DNA of 28,855 bases from Candidatus Tectimicrobiota bacterium. GTDB taxonomy: Bacteria > JACPUC01. The translations under genes and the position numbers were made by a program. Where the stretch lies: the NCBI GenBank assembly GCA_016192455.1, contig JACPUC010000010.1, forward strand, positions 62,001-90,855, written 5' to 3'. Shown piece after piece: positions 15,994-25,192 of the stretch (the stretch's first letter is position 1; every line of letters starts with the position of its first letter). The notes beneath the pieces are model-generated. The model ran no database searches. It was not told the origin of the DNA and saw only the letters and a program-made list of their open reading frames with translations.

Positions 15994-17040
15994 ATGACGA
16001 CCTTTTCCTTGCTTGCGAGAAGAAGCGTTCGTTTCGTTGGAGTGTTCGTCGCGGTTGCGGTGATGGCGGTCAGCCTGCATGGAGTGCCGACGGCCACGGC
16101 GGAGCCCGTGAAGGTGCGCATCGGCGCCTCGAGCATCCTGCCGACGGTCATCTTCCCAATGTTCTACAAAAAGCCTGAGCTGCTGAAGCACTACGGCAAG
16201 TCGTACACCGTTGATCTGCCGGTGATCAATTCGACTTCCATCCAGTTGCAGGCGCTGGCCGCCAAGGAGATCGACCTGGGATTCCTGGCGGCCTTGAGCC
16301 TGGGGAACGCCATCCAGAACGCCAAGCTTGACCTCCGGGTGGTGAGCGACCTGGTGCAGGAGGGCATCGAGGGCCGCTCCATCAACCGCTGGCTGGCCTT
16401 GGACTCCTCGGGCATCACCAAGCCGGAGCACCTGAAGGGGAAGAACATCGGGGTTTTGGCCTACGGCACGGCGGTGGACCTCATCCTGCGCACCTACCTG
16501 AAGCAGCACGGCCTGGACCCGAACCGCGATGTGAACATCGTCGAGGCGGCCTTTCCCAATCAGGGTCCGATGATGCGCGCCGGCAAGCTCGATGTGGCGG
16601 GTCTCGTCATCCCCTTCACCGTCATCGAACAGGCCAAGGGGGGAGTCCATACGGTGTTCGGCGGACCGGACGCCATGGGCCGTCATCAGGCGCTCATCAC
16701 GGTGGCGCGCACCGAGTTCCTGCAACAGAACCGGCAGGTCATGAACGATTTCTTCGAGGACTGGTTGAACGCCTGGCGCTGGTTCATTGATCCGAAGAAC
16801 AAGCAAGAGGTGCTGCAGATCGCCTCGAGCATGAGCAAAATTCCGGTGGACAAGCTGCAATGGTACGGCACCACCGATGACTACTACCGCGACCCCGCCG
16901 CCATGCCGCACCTGCCGTCGCTGCAGCGCAACGTCGATACGGCCTTCGAGATGGGCTTCATCAAGGAGCGCCTAGATGTGGCGAAGATCACCGACCTCTC
17001 CTTCCTCGAGGAGGCGAAGCGGCGGCTGGGGGTCAAGTAA
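15994..17040 (+). CDS. ABC transporter substrate-binding protein, SsuA/NMT1/THI5-like
   Basis: AAGGAGG RBS, Sec signal ending ATA-E, SGITKPEHLKGKNIGV, GLDPNRDVNIVE and C-terminal DLSFL. This is the 3' part of track ORF 14737..17040. Confidence 0.88.
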   Translation: MTTFSLLARRSVRFVGVFVAVAVMAVSLHGVPTATAEPVKVRIGASSILPTVIFPMFYKKPELLKHYGKSYTVDLPVINSTSIQLQALAAKEIDLGFLAALSLGNAIQNAKLDLRVVSDLVQEGIEGRSINRWLALDSSGITKPEHLKGKNIGVLAYGTAVDLILRTYLKQHGLDPNRDVNIVEAAFPNQGPMMRAGKLDVAGLVIPFTVIEQAKGGVHTVFGGPDAMGRHQALITVARTEFLQQNRQVMNDFFEDWLNAWRWFIDPKNKQEVLQIASSMSKIPVDKLQWYGTTDDYYRDPAAMPHLPSLQRNVDTAFEMGFIKERLDVAKITDLSFLEEAKRRLGVK

Positions 17041-17179
17041 GCCGGCCGCTCAGGTTGGCTGACGTCAGGCTGAGGAGGACGTGGCGCTCCGCCCGGCTGC
17101 CACGGCTGCGGCCCGCGGCTGAAGCGAGGTGTCGAGACCCTGGATGGCAAGCAGAGCGCGCTGCGGTGGCCGGCGCGGG

Positions 17180-17650
17180 TCACCGCAGCGCGCTCTCGAT
17201 GATGCGCGCAAAGATCGCGTCAAGCTCCTTCGCCATCGTATCCAGCGCCGCATTCTGATACGGCGCGAACACCTCGGAGGGCGTCCGGTACGAAACGGTG
17301 GCGGTGCCGTCGGGATTTTCGGTCACGTAGAGGCGCAGCGGTGCTTCGATGCCCGCCCGCGCGTCGGCCCGCAGCATACGGACCGCGAAGTCGGGACGGA
17401 AGACCATGAACACCTGGTTGCCGGGGATGGTGACCCCGATCGAGCGGGCGCCGTTCTGGGCGTTCGCCAGGCAGACGAGCCCCATTTTGTGGGCGGAGAT
17501 GGCGCGCTCCAGATCAGCCGTGAAGGCGGCGAAGGGTTTGGTGCCGCGGTGGGTTTCCCGCGCCCTCGCCTTGGCCGGGAACAGCCCCGTCACCACGCAC
17601 GTCGCAGCAAGAAGCAGCAGGCCGATGATCCGGCAACTGCGAACCCTCAT
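17180..17650 (-). CDS. DUF302 domain protein with signal peptide
   Basis: VFRPDFAVRML, AGIEAPLRLYVTENPDG and VSYRTPS. GGAGG RBS. Confidence 0.8.
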   Translation of the reverse strand: MRVRSCRIIGLLLLAATCVVTGLFPAKARARETHRGTKPFAAFTADLERAISAHKMGLVCLANAQNGARSIGVTIPGNQVFMVFRPDFAVRMLRADARAGIEAPLRLYVTENPDGTATVSYRTPSEVFAPYQNAALDTMAKELDAIFARIIESALR

Positions 17651-17963
17651 GAAGCCTCCCTTCTTTCCCTTGCATCATTCCTGTTGTACGACGCGCGCTC
17701 TGGGTGACGCTTCGGTCCCGCGCTAAGGGTCCCCCCGGACCCGGCAGGCAGCCGATGCCCTCAAGCGCCTCAGCATATTCCTAGCACGCCGTGGTTCCGG
17801 GTGTCGACCGTTCCGCCCCGACGTGCTCTCAGGATGCCCGGCGGAGGGACGCCGTTGCGCAGCCCGACGTCGGTCGGTATCATGGCTGCCAGCGGGGAAA
17901 CATCCCTGAAGCAAGGGAGGCGCCGAACTTTGGAGGCAAGAGACCTCCGAGAAGGGAGGAACC

Positions 17964-18257
17964 ATGCCAACGTACATCACGCTCTTCCGTTACACCCAGC
18001 AGGGGATCGAGAAGATCAAGGAGAGTCCAGCACGGCTTGACCGGGCCAAGCAGATGGTAAAAGCCGCCGGTGGTGAGATCAAAGCCTTCTATCTCACCCT
18101 GGGGACCTACGACATCGTCACGATCAGTGAAGCGCCGAACGATGCAGCATATGCCAAGATCATGCTGACCCTCGCCGCGGCCGGAGCCGTCCGCTCGGAG
18201 ACGCTGCATGCCTTCTCGGAAGCGGAGTACCGGAAGCTCATCGGAGAGCTACCCTAG
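17964..18257 (+). CDS. GYD domain protein
   Basis: MPTYITLFRYTQQG, FYLTLGTYDIV and GAVRSETLHAF. GGAGG RBS; 97 aa. Confidence 0.88.
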   Translation: MPTYITLFRYTQQGIEKIKESPARLDRAKQMVKAAGGEIKAFYLTLGTYDIVTISEAPNDAAYAKIMLTLAAAGAVRSETLHAFSEAEYRKLIGELP

Positions 18258-18527
18258 GTTGTGAACCAGAGAGGATGAGCCAGGCGGCAGGCGCGGGAAC
18301 CACGGCGTCTCCCTCAGCCGTTCTTCGAGACCGCATCACCACGCGGCATGGAAACCTCCATGCTGCTTGGCACCCCGGCGCGAAACGCCGCGGCGAAGCT
18401 TTCGGCGGCGGCCGGGTGGGGTAGCTCGGCGCCTGCATGCGGGCGGTGCGCGCGGCGATCGTCGAGCGTCTCCCCCGCAACGTTCAACGTTCCCCGTCGC
18501 GCCTTTAGGGATGAAAGGGAACCGGAC

Positions 18528-19886
18528 ATGGAATACGATCTGCGCGCGGCGCTCAGGCAATATCAGCAGGTGGGCGAGCTCGTCAGCATCGGCAAAGAGA
18601 TCGACCCCAGGTATGAACTCTCGGCGGTGCTCTGGAAGCTACGCCAGGGCCCGGCCGTCTGCTTCGAGAAGGTGAAAGGCTCGCCCTTCCGCGTCGTGGG
18701 GAACGTCATCAACACCCGGCGCAAGCTCGCCATTGCCCTGGGGATCGACGAGAGCGAGGTCCTGACGCATGGCGTGGAAGCCTTGGAGAACCCGCTGCCG
18801 TGCGAGACCCTGGGCGACGCCCCCTGCAAGGAGGTGAAGATCACCCCGGTTCCCGACCTGAGCAGAATCCTGCCCATCCCGAACGTCTCGGAGCATGACG
18901 GCGGCCCCTACATCACCGCCGGCATCGCCGTTGCCCGGCATCCGGAGACCGGCCAGCGCAACTACTCCATCCACCGCATGCAGTTCCACGGCGGCAACGT
19001 CTGCGGCATCAGCCTGGCGCCGACGCATCTGAGCAAGATCGCCCAGAGCTGCCGGGCCTTAAAAAAGCCCCTCGAGCTGGCGATCTCGATCGGCAATCAC
19101 CCGGTGATCTGCTTCGCCGCATGCATGTACGTGCCGTCGGGCCATGACGAGCTGGAGGTGGCGGGCGGCATGCTGGGCAAGCCGGTGCAGCTCGTGAAAT
19201 GCGAGACGGTGGACCTCGAGGTGCCGGCGGCTTCGGAGATCGTGCTGGAGGGCGAGCTCTGCTACGACGATGTGCGCGACGAAGGCCCCTTCGGCGAGTT
19301 CCACGGCGCCTATGCCGCCCAGGGTCGCAAGCCGACGTTCCACGTCAAGGCCGTCACGCACCGCAAGGATGCGCTCTACCAGACCATCGTCGGCAGCATC
19401 CACCCCGAGCACCTCTTCCTCACCGGCATGCCGCGAGCCATGACCCTCTACCGCGCTCTCAAGGTAGCCAACCCGCGCATTCAGGATATCGCCATGACTA
19501 ACGGCGGTTGCGGCCTCTTCCACGCCGCTATCTCGGTGAAGAACCCCTCCGAGGGGGAGGGCAAGCGCGTCATTTTCAATGCCTTCGGGGTGAATGACCT
19601 GCTGAAGAAGGTGACCGTGGTCGATGACGACATCGACGTGCACGACCCCGTGCAGGTGGAGTGGGCGACGGCCACGCGCATGCACGCCGACCGCGACGTC
19701 TTCATCGTCCCGCACGTGAAGGCCAGCCCCGCCGATCCCCTCAATGAGAACCTCCTCATCTCAAAGATGGGGATTGACGCCACGAAACCACGCACCGATA
19801 ACCCGGAGCGCTTCAAGTTCGCCTTCGTCCCGAAGAGCGTCTACGCCGAGGTGGAGAAGAACTGGGAGAGCTACGTGAAGGGATGA
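18528..19886 (+). CDS. UbiD family prFMN-dependent (de)carboxylase
   Basis: DGGPYIT, SIHRMQ, VPAASEIVLEG, EGPFGEFHG, VVDDDIDV, VEWATATR and SKMGIDAT. Start MEYDLR after AAAGGGA. Confidence 0.92.
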   Translation: MEYDLRAALRQYQQVGELVSIGKEIDPRYELSAVLWKLRQGPAVCFEKVKGSPFRVVGNVINTRRKLAIALGIDESEVLTHGVEALENPLPCETLGDAPCKEVKITPVPDLSRILPIPNVSEHDGGPYITAGIAVARHPETGQRNYSIHRMQFHGGNVCGISLAPTHLSKIAQSCRALKKPLELAISIGNHPVICFAACMYVPSGHDELEVAGGMLGKPVQLVKCETVDLEVPAASEIVLEGELCYDDVRDEGPFGEFHGAYAAQGRKPTFHVKAVTHRKDALYQTIVGSIHPEHLFLTGMPRAMTLYRALKVANPRIQDIAMTNGGCGLFHAAISVKNPSEGEGKRVIFNAFGVNDLLKKVTVVDDDIDVHDPVQVEWATATRMHADRDVFIVPHVKASPADPLNENLLISKMGIDATKPRTDNPERFKFAFVPKSVYAEVEKNWESYVKG

Positions 19887-20018
19887 GGTGGGGCGGCGGC
19901 GCCGGACACTCGGCCGCACCGTCTCGTCGTCTCACGCCATATTCCGGCTGCCGCTTGCAATCGCAGCGATCGGGCGGGGGGACCATCTTCCCTCGCCCGC
20001 CGGCGCTCCGCCCCCTGC

Positions 20019-20047
20019 TTGACACGGTGCGACGCCGATCGCATACT
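20019..20047 (+). promoter_or_regulatory. Sigma70 promoter of the first hydantoinase-like pair
   Basis: TTGACA-N17-CATACT, 66 nt upstream of ATG 20114. Confidence 0.7.
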
Positions 20048-20113
20048 CGCCGCACATTCCGGAGAGCATCCTCCTGTCGCGTCGCCGTACCACCCACCTG
20101 AAAGCGCGCCTCC

Positions 20114-22234
20114 ATGGGGTACGCAGTCGGAATTGACATCGGCGGCACGTTCACCGACCTCGTCATGTACGGCGACACAAACCGCCTGCTGATCACCGGC
20201 AAGGTGCTGACGACGCCGGAGAACCCGGCCCTGGGCGCCCTGGAGGGCTTGCGGCGGCTGATGGAGCGCGCCGGCATCGGCGGCCGGGAGATCGAGGTCG
20301 TGGTGCACGGCACCACGCTGGTGGCGAACGCCATCGTCGAACGCAAGGGGGCCACGACCGGCCTCCTTACCACGAACGGCTTCCGCGATATCATCGAGAC
20401 CCGCCGCGAGAAGCGCTACGACCTCTACGACCTCTCCGCTCAGTTCCCCGAGCCCCTGGTCCCGCGCTCGCGGCGCCTCGGGGTTCCCGAGCGCATCGCC
20501 GCCGATGGCGCCATCCTGCAACCCCTCGACAGCCAAGCCGCCGGCGCCGCCGTCGACACGCTGCTGGCGCGCGGCGTCGAGTCCGTGGCCATCTGTCTGC
20601 TCCACGCCTACCGCAATCCCACCCACGAACAGGCCCTGCGCGACCTCCTGGCGGCGCGCGCGGCTCATCTCACGGTCTCGCTCTCCTCGGAGGTGGACCC
20701 CGAGCTCCGCGAGTACGAGCGCTTCTCCACCACCGTCTGCAACGCCTACACGCAACCCGTCATGGCTCGCTACCTGCGCGAGCTGCAGGAGGGCCTGTGG
20801 GCCGCCGGGGTCAGGGCGCCCCTGCACATCATGCTCTCCAGCGGCGGCATCACCACCCCCGCCGTGGCGGCGCGCTTTCCGGTGCGCATCCTCGAGTCGG
20901 GACCGGTGGGCGGCGTACTGGCGGCGGCCCACGTCGGGCGCTCCGCCGGCTCGTCGTCCCTGCTCTCCTTCGACATGGGCGGCACGACCGCCAAGCTCTC
21001 CTTCATCGAAGGCTCGACCCCCACCCTGCTGACGGAGTTCGAGGTTGACCGGGCCTACCGCTTTAAGAAGGGGAGCGGCCTGGTGGTGCGCGTGCCGGTG
21101 GTGGACATCGTCGAGATCGGCGCCGGAGGGGGGAGTATCGCCCAGGTCGGCGGCATGGGACTGCTGAAGGTGGGGCCGGAGAGCGCCGGGTCACGTCCGG
21201 GGCCCGCCTGCTATGGCTTCGGCGGGGTGCTGCCGACGGTCACCGATGCCGATCTCCTCCTGGGCTACATCAACCCGGAGCGCTTCCTGGGAGGCAGGAT
21301 GCCGTTGAACCGCGCCGCCGCCCACCAGGCCATCGAGACGCGCCTCGGCAAACCCCTGGGGATGGAGGCGATCGAGGCGGCCTGGGGCATCCACCGGGTG
21401 GTCAACGAGAACATGGTGAACGCGGCGCGCATCTACATGGCCGAGAAGGGGCGCGACCCGAAGCGCTACGACCTGATCGCCTTCGGCGGCGCGGGTCCCA
21501 TCCATGCCGCCTGGCTGGCGCGCAAGCTGGGAATTGCGCGGGTCACCGTGCCGCCGCGCGCCGGCGTCGCTTCGGCGCTGGGCTTCCTCGTCACCCCCCT
21601 GTCGTTCGACTTCGTGCGCACCTACGTGACCGGGATCGCCGGCGTCGACTGGAGCCACCTGAACCAGCTCTACGCCACGATGGAGGCGGAAGCCCGCGGC
21701 ATGCTCGGCGCCGCCGGCATCGCCGAGCGTGACATCACGCTGCGGCGATACGCGGAGATGCGCTACGTCGGGCAAGGACGGGAGATCTTCGTGCCGCTGC
21801 CTGCCGGCCCCTATGGGCCCGCTGCGCAGCCAGCCCTGACGCAGGCGTTCGATGCGGCCTATGCCGGCATTTACACGCAGACGAATCCGGGGCAAGCCAT
21901 CGAAGCGATCAACTGGCGGCTGCTGGCCAGCGGCCCCACGCCGCGGCGCGCCTTGATCTCCCCCCTGCTCCCCGCCGACGCCGCCAGGAAACCGGGCGCG
22001 GCGCGCCCCGTCGACTACCGCAAGGTGTACCTCGGCGAGGGGATGGGAGGCGAAGGGGTGGGGTTCTGCGAGTGCGCCGTCTATGATCGCGCCACCCTCC
22101 CCGCGGGGGCGCGGATCAGCGGACCGGCCCTGGTGGAAGAGGAGGATACGGTCACCCTCCTGGGGCCGGAGACGAAGGCGGAGATCGACGCCTTCTCCAA
22201 CATCGTCATCACCATCCACACTCACGCGAGGTAA
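20114..22234 (+). CDS. Hydantoinase A/oxoprolinase family ATP-binding subunit (A1)
   Basis: IDIGGTFTD, HGTTLVANA, REYERFSTT, LESGP, DMGGTT, IGAGGGSIA, PGPACYG and FGGAGP. Confidence 0.93.
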   Translation: MGYAVGIDIGGTFTDLVMYGDTNRLLITGKVLTTPENPALGALEGLRRLMERAGIGGREIEVVVHGTTLVANAIVERKGATTGLLTTNGFRDIIETRREKRYDLYDLSAQFPEPLVPRSRRLGVPERIAADGAILQPLDSQAAGAAVDTLLARGVESVAICLLHAYRNPTHEQALRDLLAARAAHLTVSLSSEVDPELREYERFSTTVCNAYTQPVMARYLRELQEGLWAAGVRAPLHIMLSSGGITTPAVAARFPVRILESGPVGGVLAAAHVGRSAGSSSLLSFDMGGTTAKLSFIEGSTPTLLTEFEVDRAYRFKKGSGLVVRVPVVDIVEIGAGGGSIAQVGGMGLLKVGPESAGSRPGPACYGFGGVLPTVTDADLLLGYINPERFLGGRMPLNRAAAHQAIETRLGKPLGMEAIEAAWGIHRVVNENMVNAARIYMAEKGRDPKRYDLIAFGGAGPIHAAWLARKLGIARVTVPPRAGVASALGFLVTPLSFDFVRTYVTGIAGVDWSHLNQLYATMEAEARGMLGAAGIAERDITLRRYAEMRYVGQGREIFVPLPAGPYGPAAQPALTQAFDAAYAGIYTQTNPGQAIEAINWRLLASGPTPRRALISPLLPADAARKPGAARPVDYRKVYLGEGMGGEGVGFCECAVYDRATLPAGARISGPALVEEEDTVTLLGPETKAEIDAFSNIVITIHTHAR

Positions 22235-22239
22235 GGCGC

Positions 22240-23937
22240 GTGTACGATGCCGTGACCTTGGAGGTGCTCTGGAACCGCGTCATCGCCATCTGCGAGGAGC
22301 AGGCGCGCTCGCTCTTCAACGCCTCCTTCTCGACCATCGTGGGCGAGAGCGAGGACTTCGCCAGCGCCCTCTACGACGCCCGCGGCAACCTCCTGGCCCA
22401 GGCGGCGAGCAGCGGCACCGTCGGTATGATGATGGGGATGACGAAAGGCATCAAGGCGTTCCTGCGCAAGATTCCGGCGGCGGCGCTGCAGCCCGGCGAC
22501 GCCCTCATTGCGAACGATCCCTGGCTGCTGTCGGGACACAAGTACGACGTCACCATCGCCTCGCCGGTGTTCCGAAGCGGCGTTCTCATCGGCTTCACGG
22601 CCACCACGCTGCACGCCACCGACATCGGCGGCATCGGCTTCTCCGCCGCCTCGCGGCAGGTCTTCGACGAGGGGCTCACCATCCCGATCATGAAGATCGT
22701 CAAGGCCGGGAGGCCGAACGAGGAGCTCCTCGAGATCATCCGCGAAAACGTCCGCGAGCCCGACCAGGTGATCGCCGACTTCTTCGCGCAGCTTGCCGCG
22801 AACACGCTCGGCAGCCAGAAGCTCCTCGACTTCATGAGCGACTATGATCTCCCCACCCTCGAGCCGCTCGCCGCGGCGATCGTGGACCGCACCGAGCAGG
22901 CCATGCGCGCGGCCATCGCGGCGCTGCCCGATGGCGTCTTCACCTCCACGGTGGATTTCGACGGCTATGAAGCGCCGCTGCGCATCGTCGCCACGGTGCG
23001 CATCAGCGGCGACGAGATGACGGTTGATTTCGCCGGCACCTCGCCGCAGGTGCCGCGTGGCATCAACAGCGTCCTGAACGTCACCGAAGCCTACACAGTG
23101 CACGCCATCAAGTGCGCCCTGGCGCCGGACATCCCCAACACCGAGGGGACCTTCCGCCCCATCCGCGTCCTGGCGCCGGAGGGCTGCCTGCTGAACGCCC
23201 GGCGGCCCGCCGCGGTGATGGCCCGGCACGTCCTCGTGCTCTTCATCTCGGCGGCGGTCTTCGGCGCCCTGGCGCACGCCGTACCGGAGAAGGTCATCGC
23301 CGAAAGCGGCCACCGCATGATCCATGCCCTGAGCGGCATGGCTCCTTCCGGCGAGCCGTTCATCTACTGGTTCCTCGTCAGTTGCGGCGTGGGAGCCACG
23401 GCCGCGCACGACGGCCTCTCCGGCACCAACTTCCCGGCCGCCGTCGGCACGGTTCCAGTCGAGATGATCGAGACGGTATCGCCGGTCTTCATCGAGAGGA
23501 AGGAGCTGCTCCTCGACTCCGGCGGGCCGGGCACGTTCCGCGGCGGCTGCGATCAGGAGGTGGTCTTCCGCATCCACTCGCGGGAGGCCGCGACGCTCTC
23601 GGCGATGTACGACCGCCTCCTCTTCCCGGCGCGGGGCTACGCCGGGGGCGGGGCGGGAAGGCCGGGCCGCTTCAGGATTCGGGGCGCCGCCGGAGAGCGC
23701 GCTCCAGGAGGGAAGGAGCGCTGCTCCATCGCGCCGGGGGAGACGGCGGCGGTTTGCGGGGGTGGCGGCGGCGGCTATGGGCCAGCCGAGCGGCGGGACC
23801 CCGAGCGGGTGCGCCGCGACGTCGAGGATGGCCTGGTGTCGCCGGAAGCCGCCCGCGCCGTCTACCGCGTCGTTCTCGATCCCGAATCCCTGGCGATCAA
23901 CTGGCAAGCCACCACGATGCTTCGCGCGCAGGGGTGA
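22240..23937 (+). CDS. Hydantoinase B/oxoprolinase family subunit (B1)
   Basis: TLEVLWNR, NDPWLLSGHKYD, HATDIGG, EGLTIP, VDFAGTSPQ, DSGGPGTFRGG and GGGGGYG. GTG start 5 nt after the A1 stop. Confidence 0.92.
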   Translation: MYDAVTLEVLWNRVIAICEEQARSLFNASFSTIVGESEDFASALYDARGNLLAQAASSGTVGMMMGMTKGIKAFLRKIPAAALQPGDALIANDPWLLSGHKYDVTIASPVFRSGVLIGFTATTLHATDIGGIGFSAASRQVFDEGLTIPIMKIVKAGRPNEELLEIIRENVREPDQVIADFFAQLAANTLGSQKLLDFMSDYDLPTLEPLAAAIVDRTEQAMRAAIAALPDGVFTSTVDFDGYEAPLRIVATVRISGDEMTVDFAGTSPQVPRGINSVLNVTEAYTVHAIKCALAPDIPNTEGTFRPIRVLAPEGCLLNARRPAAVMARHVLVLFISAAVFGALAHAVPEKVIAESGHRMIHALSGMAPSGEPFIYWFLVSCGVGATAAHDGLSGTNFPAAVGTVPVEMIETVSPVFIERKELLLDSGGPGTFRGGCDQEVVFRIHSREAATLSAMYDRLLFPARGYAGGGAGRPGRFRIRGAAGERAPGGKERCSIAPGETAAVCGGGGGGYGPAERRDPERVRRDVEDGLVSPEAARAVYRVVLDPESLAINWQATTMLRAQG

Positions 23938-24028
23938 GGGGCGCGCCATGGCGCACCGCGCCCCCGCTGCCCGCCGTTTCGTCACTCGCCTACGTCCAGA
24001 AGCAGCGCCGTCTGGAGGAGGGTCAGTC

Positions 24029-25030
24029 ATGCAGCACAGGTCGCTCGGGAGGGTGCGGAGGATCAGCGGCGCTGGGCTGGCGCTGCTGGCGTTCGTCCTT
24101 GCCGTCGTGGCGAGCGTCGCGGCCGTGGAGGAGGTGAAGGTCGGCCACCAGCCGACGATCACCACCGCGCCGGTCTACATCGCCGTGGAGAACCGCTACT
24201 TCGCGGAGGAGGGGCTGAATGTTCAGGTGACCGCCTTTGCGTCCAGCGGCAAGCAGATGCCGGCTCTCGCCACGGGGCTGCTCGACGTCGGCACCGGCGC
24301 TCCGGGAGCGGCGCTCTTCAATGCCATCGCGCAAGGGATGGACTTCAAGGTCGTCGCCGATAAGGGGCAGATCCGACCCGGCATGTCGGCCGGCGGCCTG
24401 ATGGTGCGCCAGGACCTCTGGGACTCCGGGGAGGTCCGCTCCCCCAAGGATATGGTCGGCCGCCGCATCCTCTCCTATGCGCCCGGAATTCAGATCGACA
24501 TCCTGATCATCGAGACCCTGAAGAAGTACGGCGCCCAGTGGAAGCCGGAGAACCGCATCTACATGCCGCCGCCGAAGATCATCAGCGCCTTCCAAACCAA
24601 AGTCGTGGACATCGCCACCGCCGTCGAGCCCTGGATCACCCGCACCCAACGCGCCGGGTTGGGGAAAATTTTGATCTCCTACGAAGACCTCGAGCTGACG
24701 CGGGACGCCCAGATCGGCGTGACGATTTACTCCGGCGCCTTCTCCAGGACGCGCAAGGAGGCGGCGAAGAAGTTCATGAAGGCGTACGTCAAAGGGGTGC
24801 GCTTCTACACGGAGCACGGCTTGAAGAACCCCGAGGTGACGAAAATCCTCACCAAGCACACCAAGGTGCCGGTGGAGGACATCGCCGCGACGATCCCGTT
24901 CTACCTCGACAAGGATGGGCGGCCGAACGTTTCGAGCATCATGCGCTTCCAGGACTGGTTCTTTGATAACGGCTACACGAAGAAGAAAGTGCCGCAGGAG
25001 CAGATCATCGACCTGAGCTTCCTGAACTGA
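24029..25030 (+). CDS. ABC transporter substrate-binding protein, SsuA/NMT1/THI5-like
   Basis: GGAGG RBS, signal peptide, APVYIAVENRYFAEEGL, FNAIAQG, AVEPW and C-terminal IDLSFL. Confidence 0.88.
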   Translation: MQHRSLGRVRRISGAGLALLAFVLAVVASVAAVEEVKVGHQPTITTAPVYIAVENRYFAEEGLNVQVTAFASSGKQMPALATGLLDVGTGAPGAALFNAIAQGMDFKVVADKGQIRPGMSAGGLMVRQDLWDSGEVRSPKDMVGRRILSYAPGIQIDILIIETLKKYGAQWKPENRIYMPPPKIISAFQTKVVDIATAVEPWITRTQRAGLGKILISYEDLELTRDAQIGVTIYSGAFSRTRKEAAKKFMKAYVKGVRFYTEHGLKNPEVTKILTKHTKVPVEDIAATIPFYLDKDGRPNVSSIMRFQDWFFDNGYTKKKVPQEQIIDLSFLN

Positions 25031-25192
25031 GCGATCACGGTGGGGCGCGGCCGGCGGGGCGGCGCCTTCGCTCCGCCGCGGCCCGCGCGCCGCGCGAGTT
25101 TCTGAACACCCTCGCTGCTCGGTGCGCCTGCCGGCGCTCCCCGCTGGCGCGACCGCACCGGTGGGGGAGCCGCGTCGTCTGTGGTGCCGCCC

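Noticed and set aside
17845-17930. CTCTCAGG and CGCCGAA words suggesting a glycine riboswitch before GYD
   Set aside because: The elements are in the wrong order and the GGAGA/GAAGG core is absent.
18368-18420. GAAA-capped hairpin upstream of UbiD resembling a c-di-GMP-I riboswitch
   Set aside because: Lacks the GGCAAA, GACGCAAAGC and CUAA receptor elements. An Rfam covariance search would settle it.
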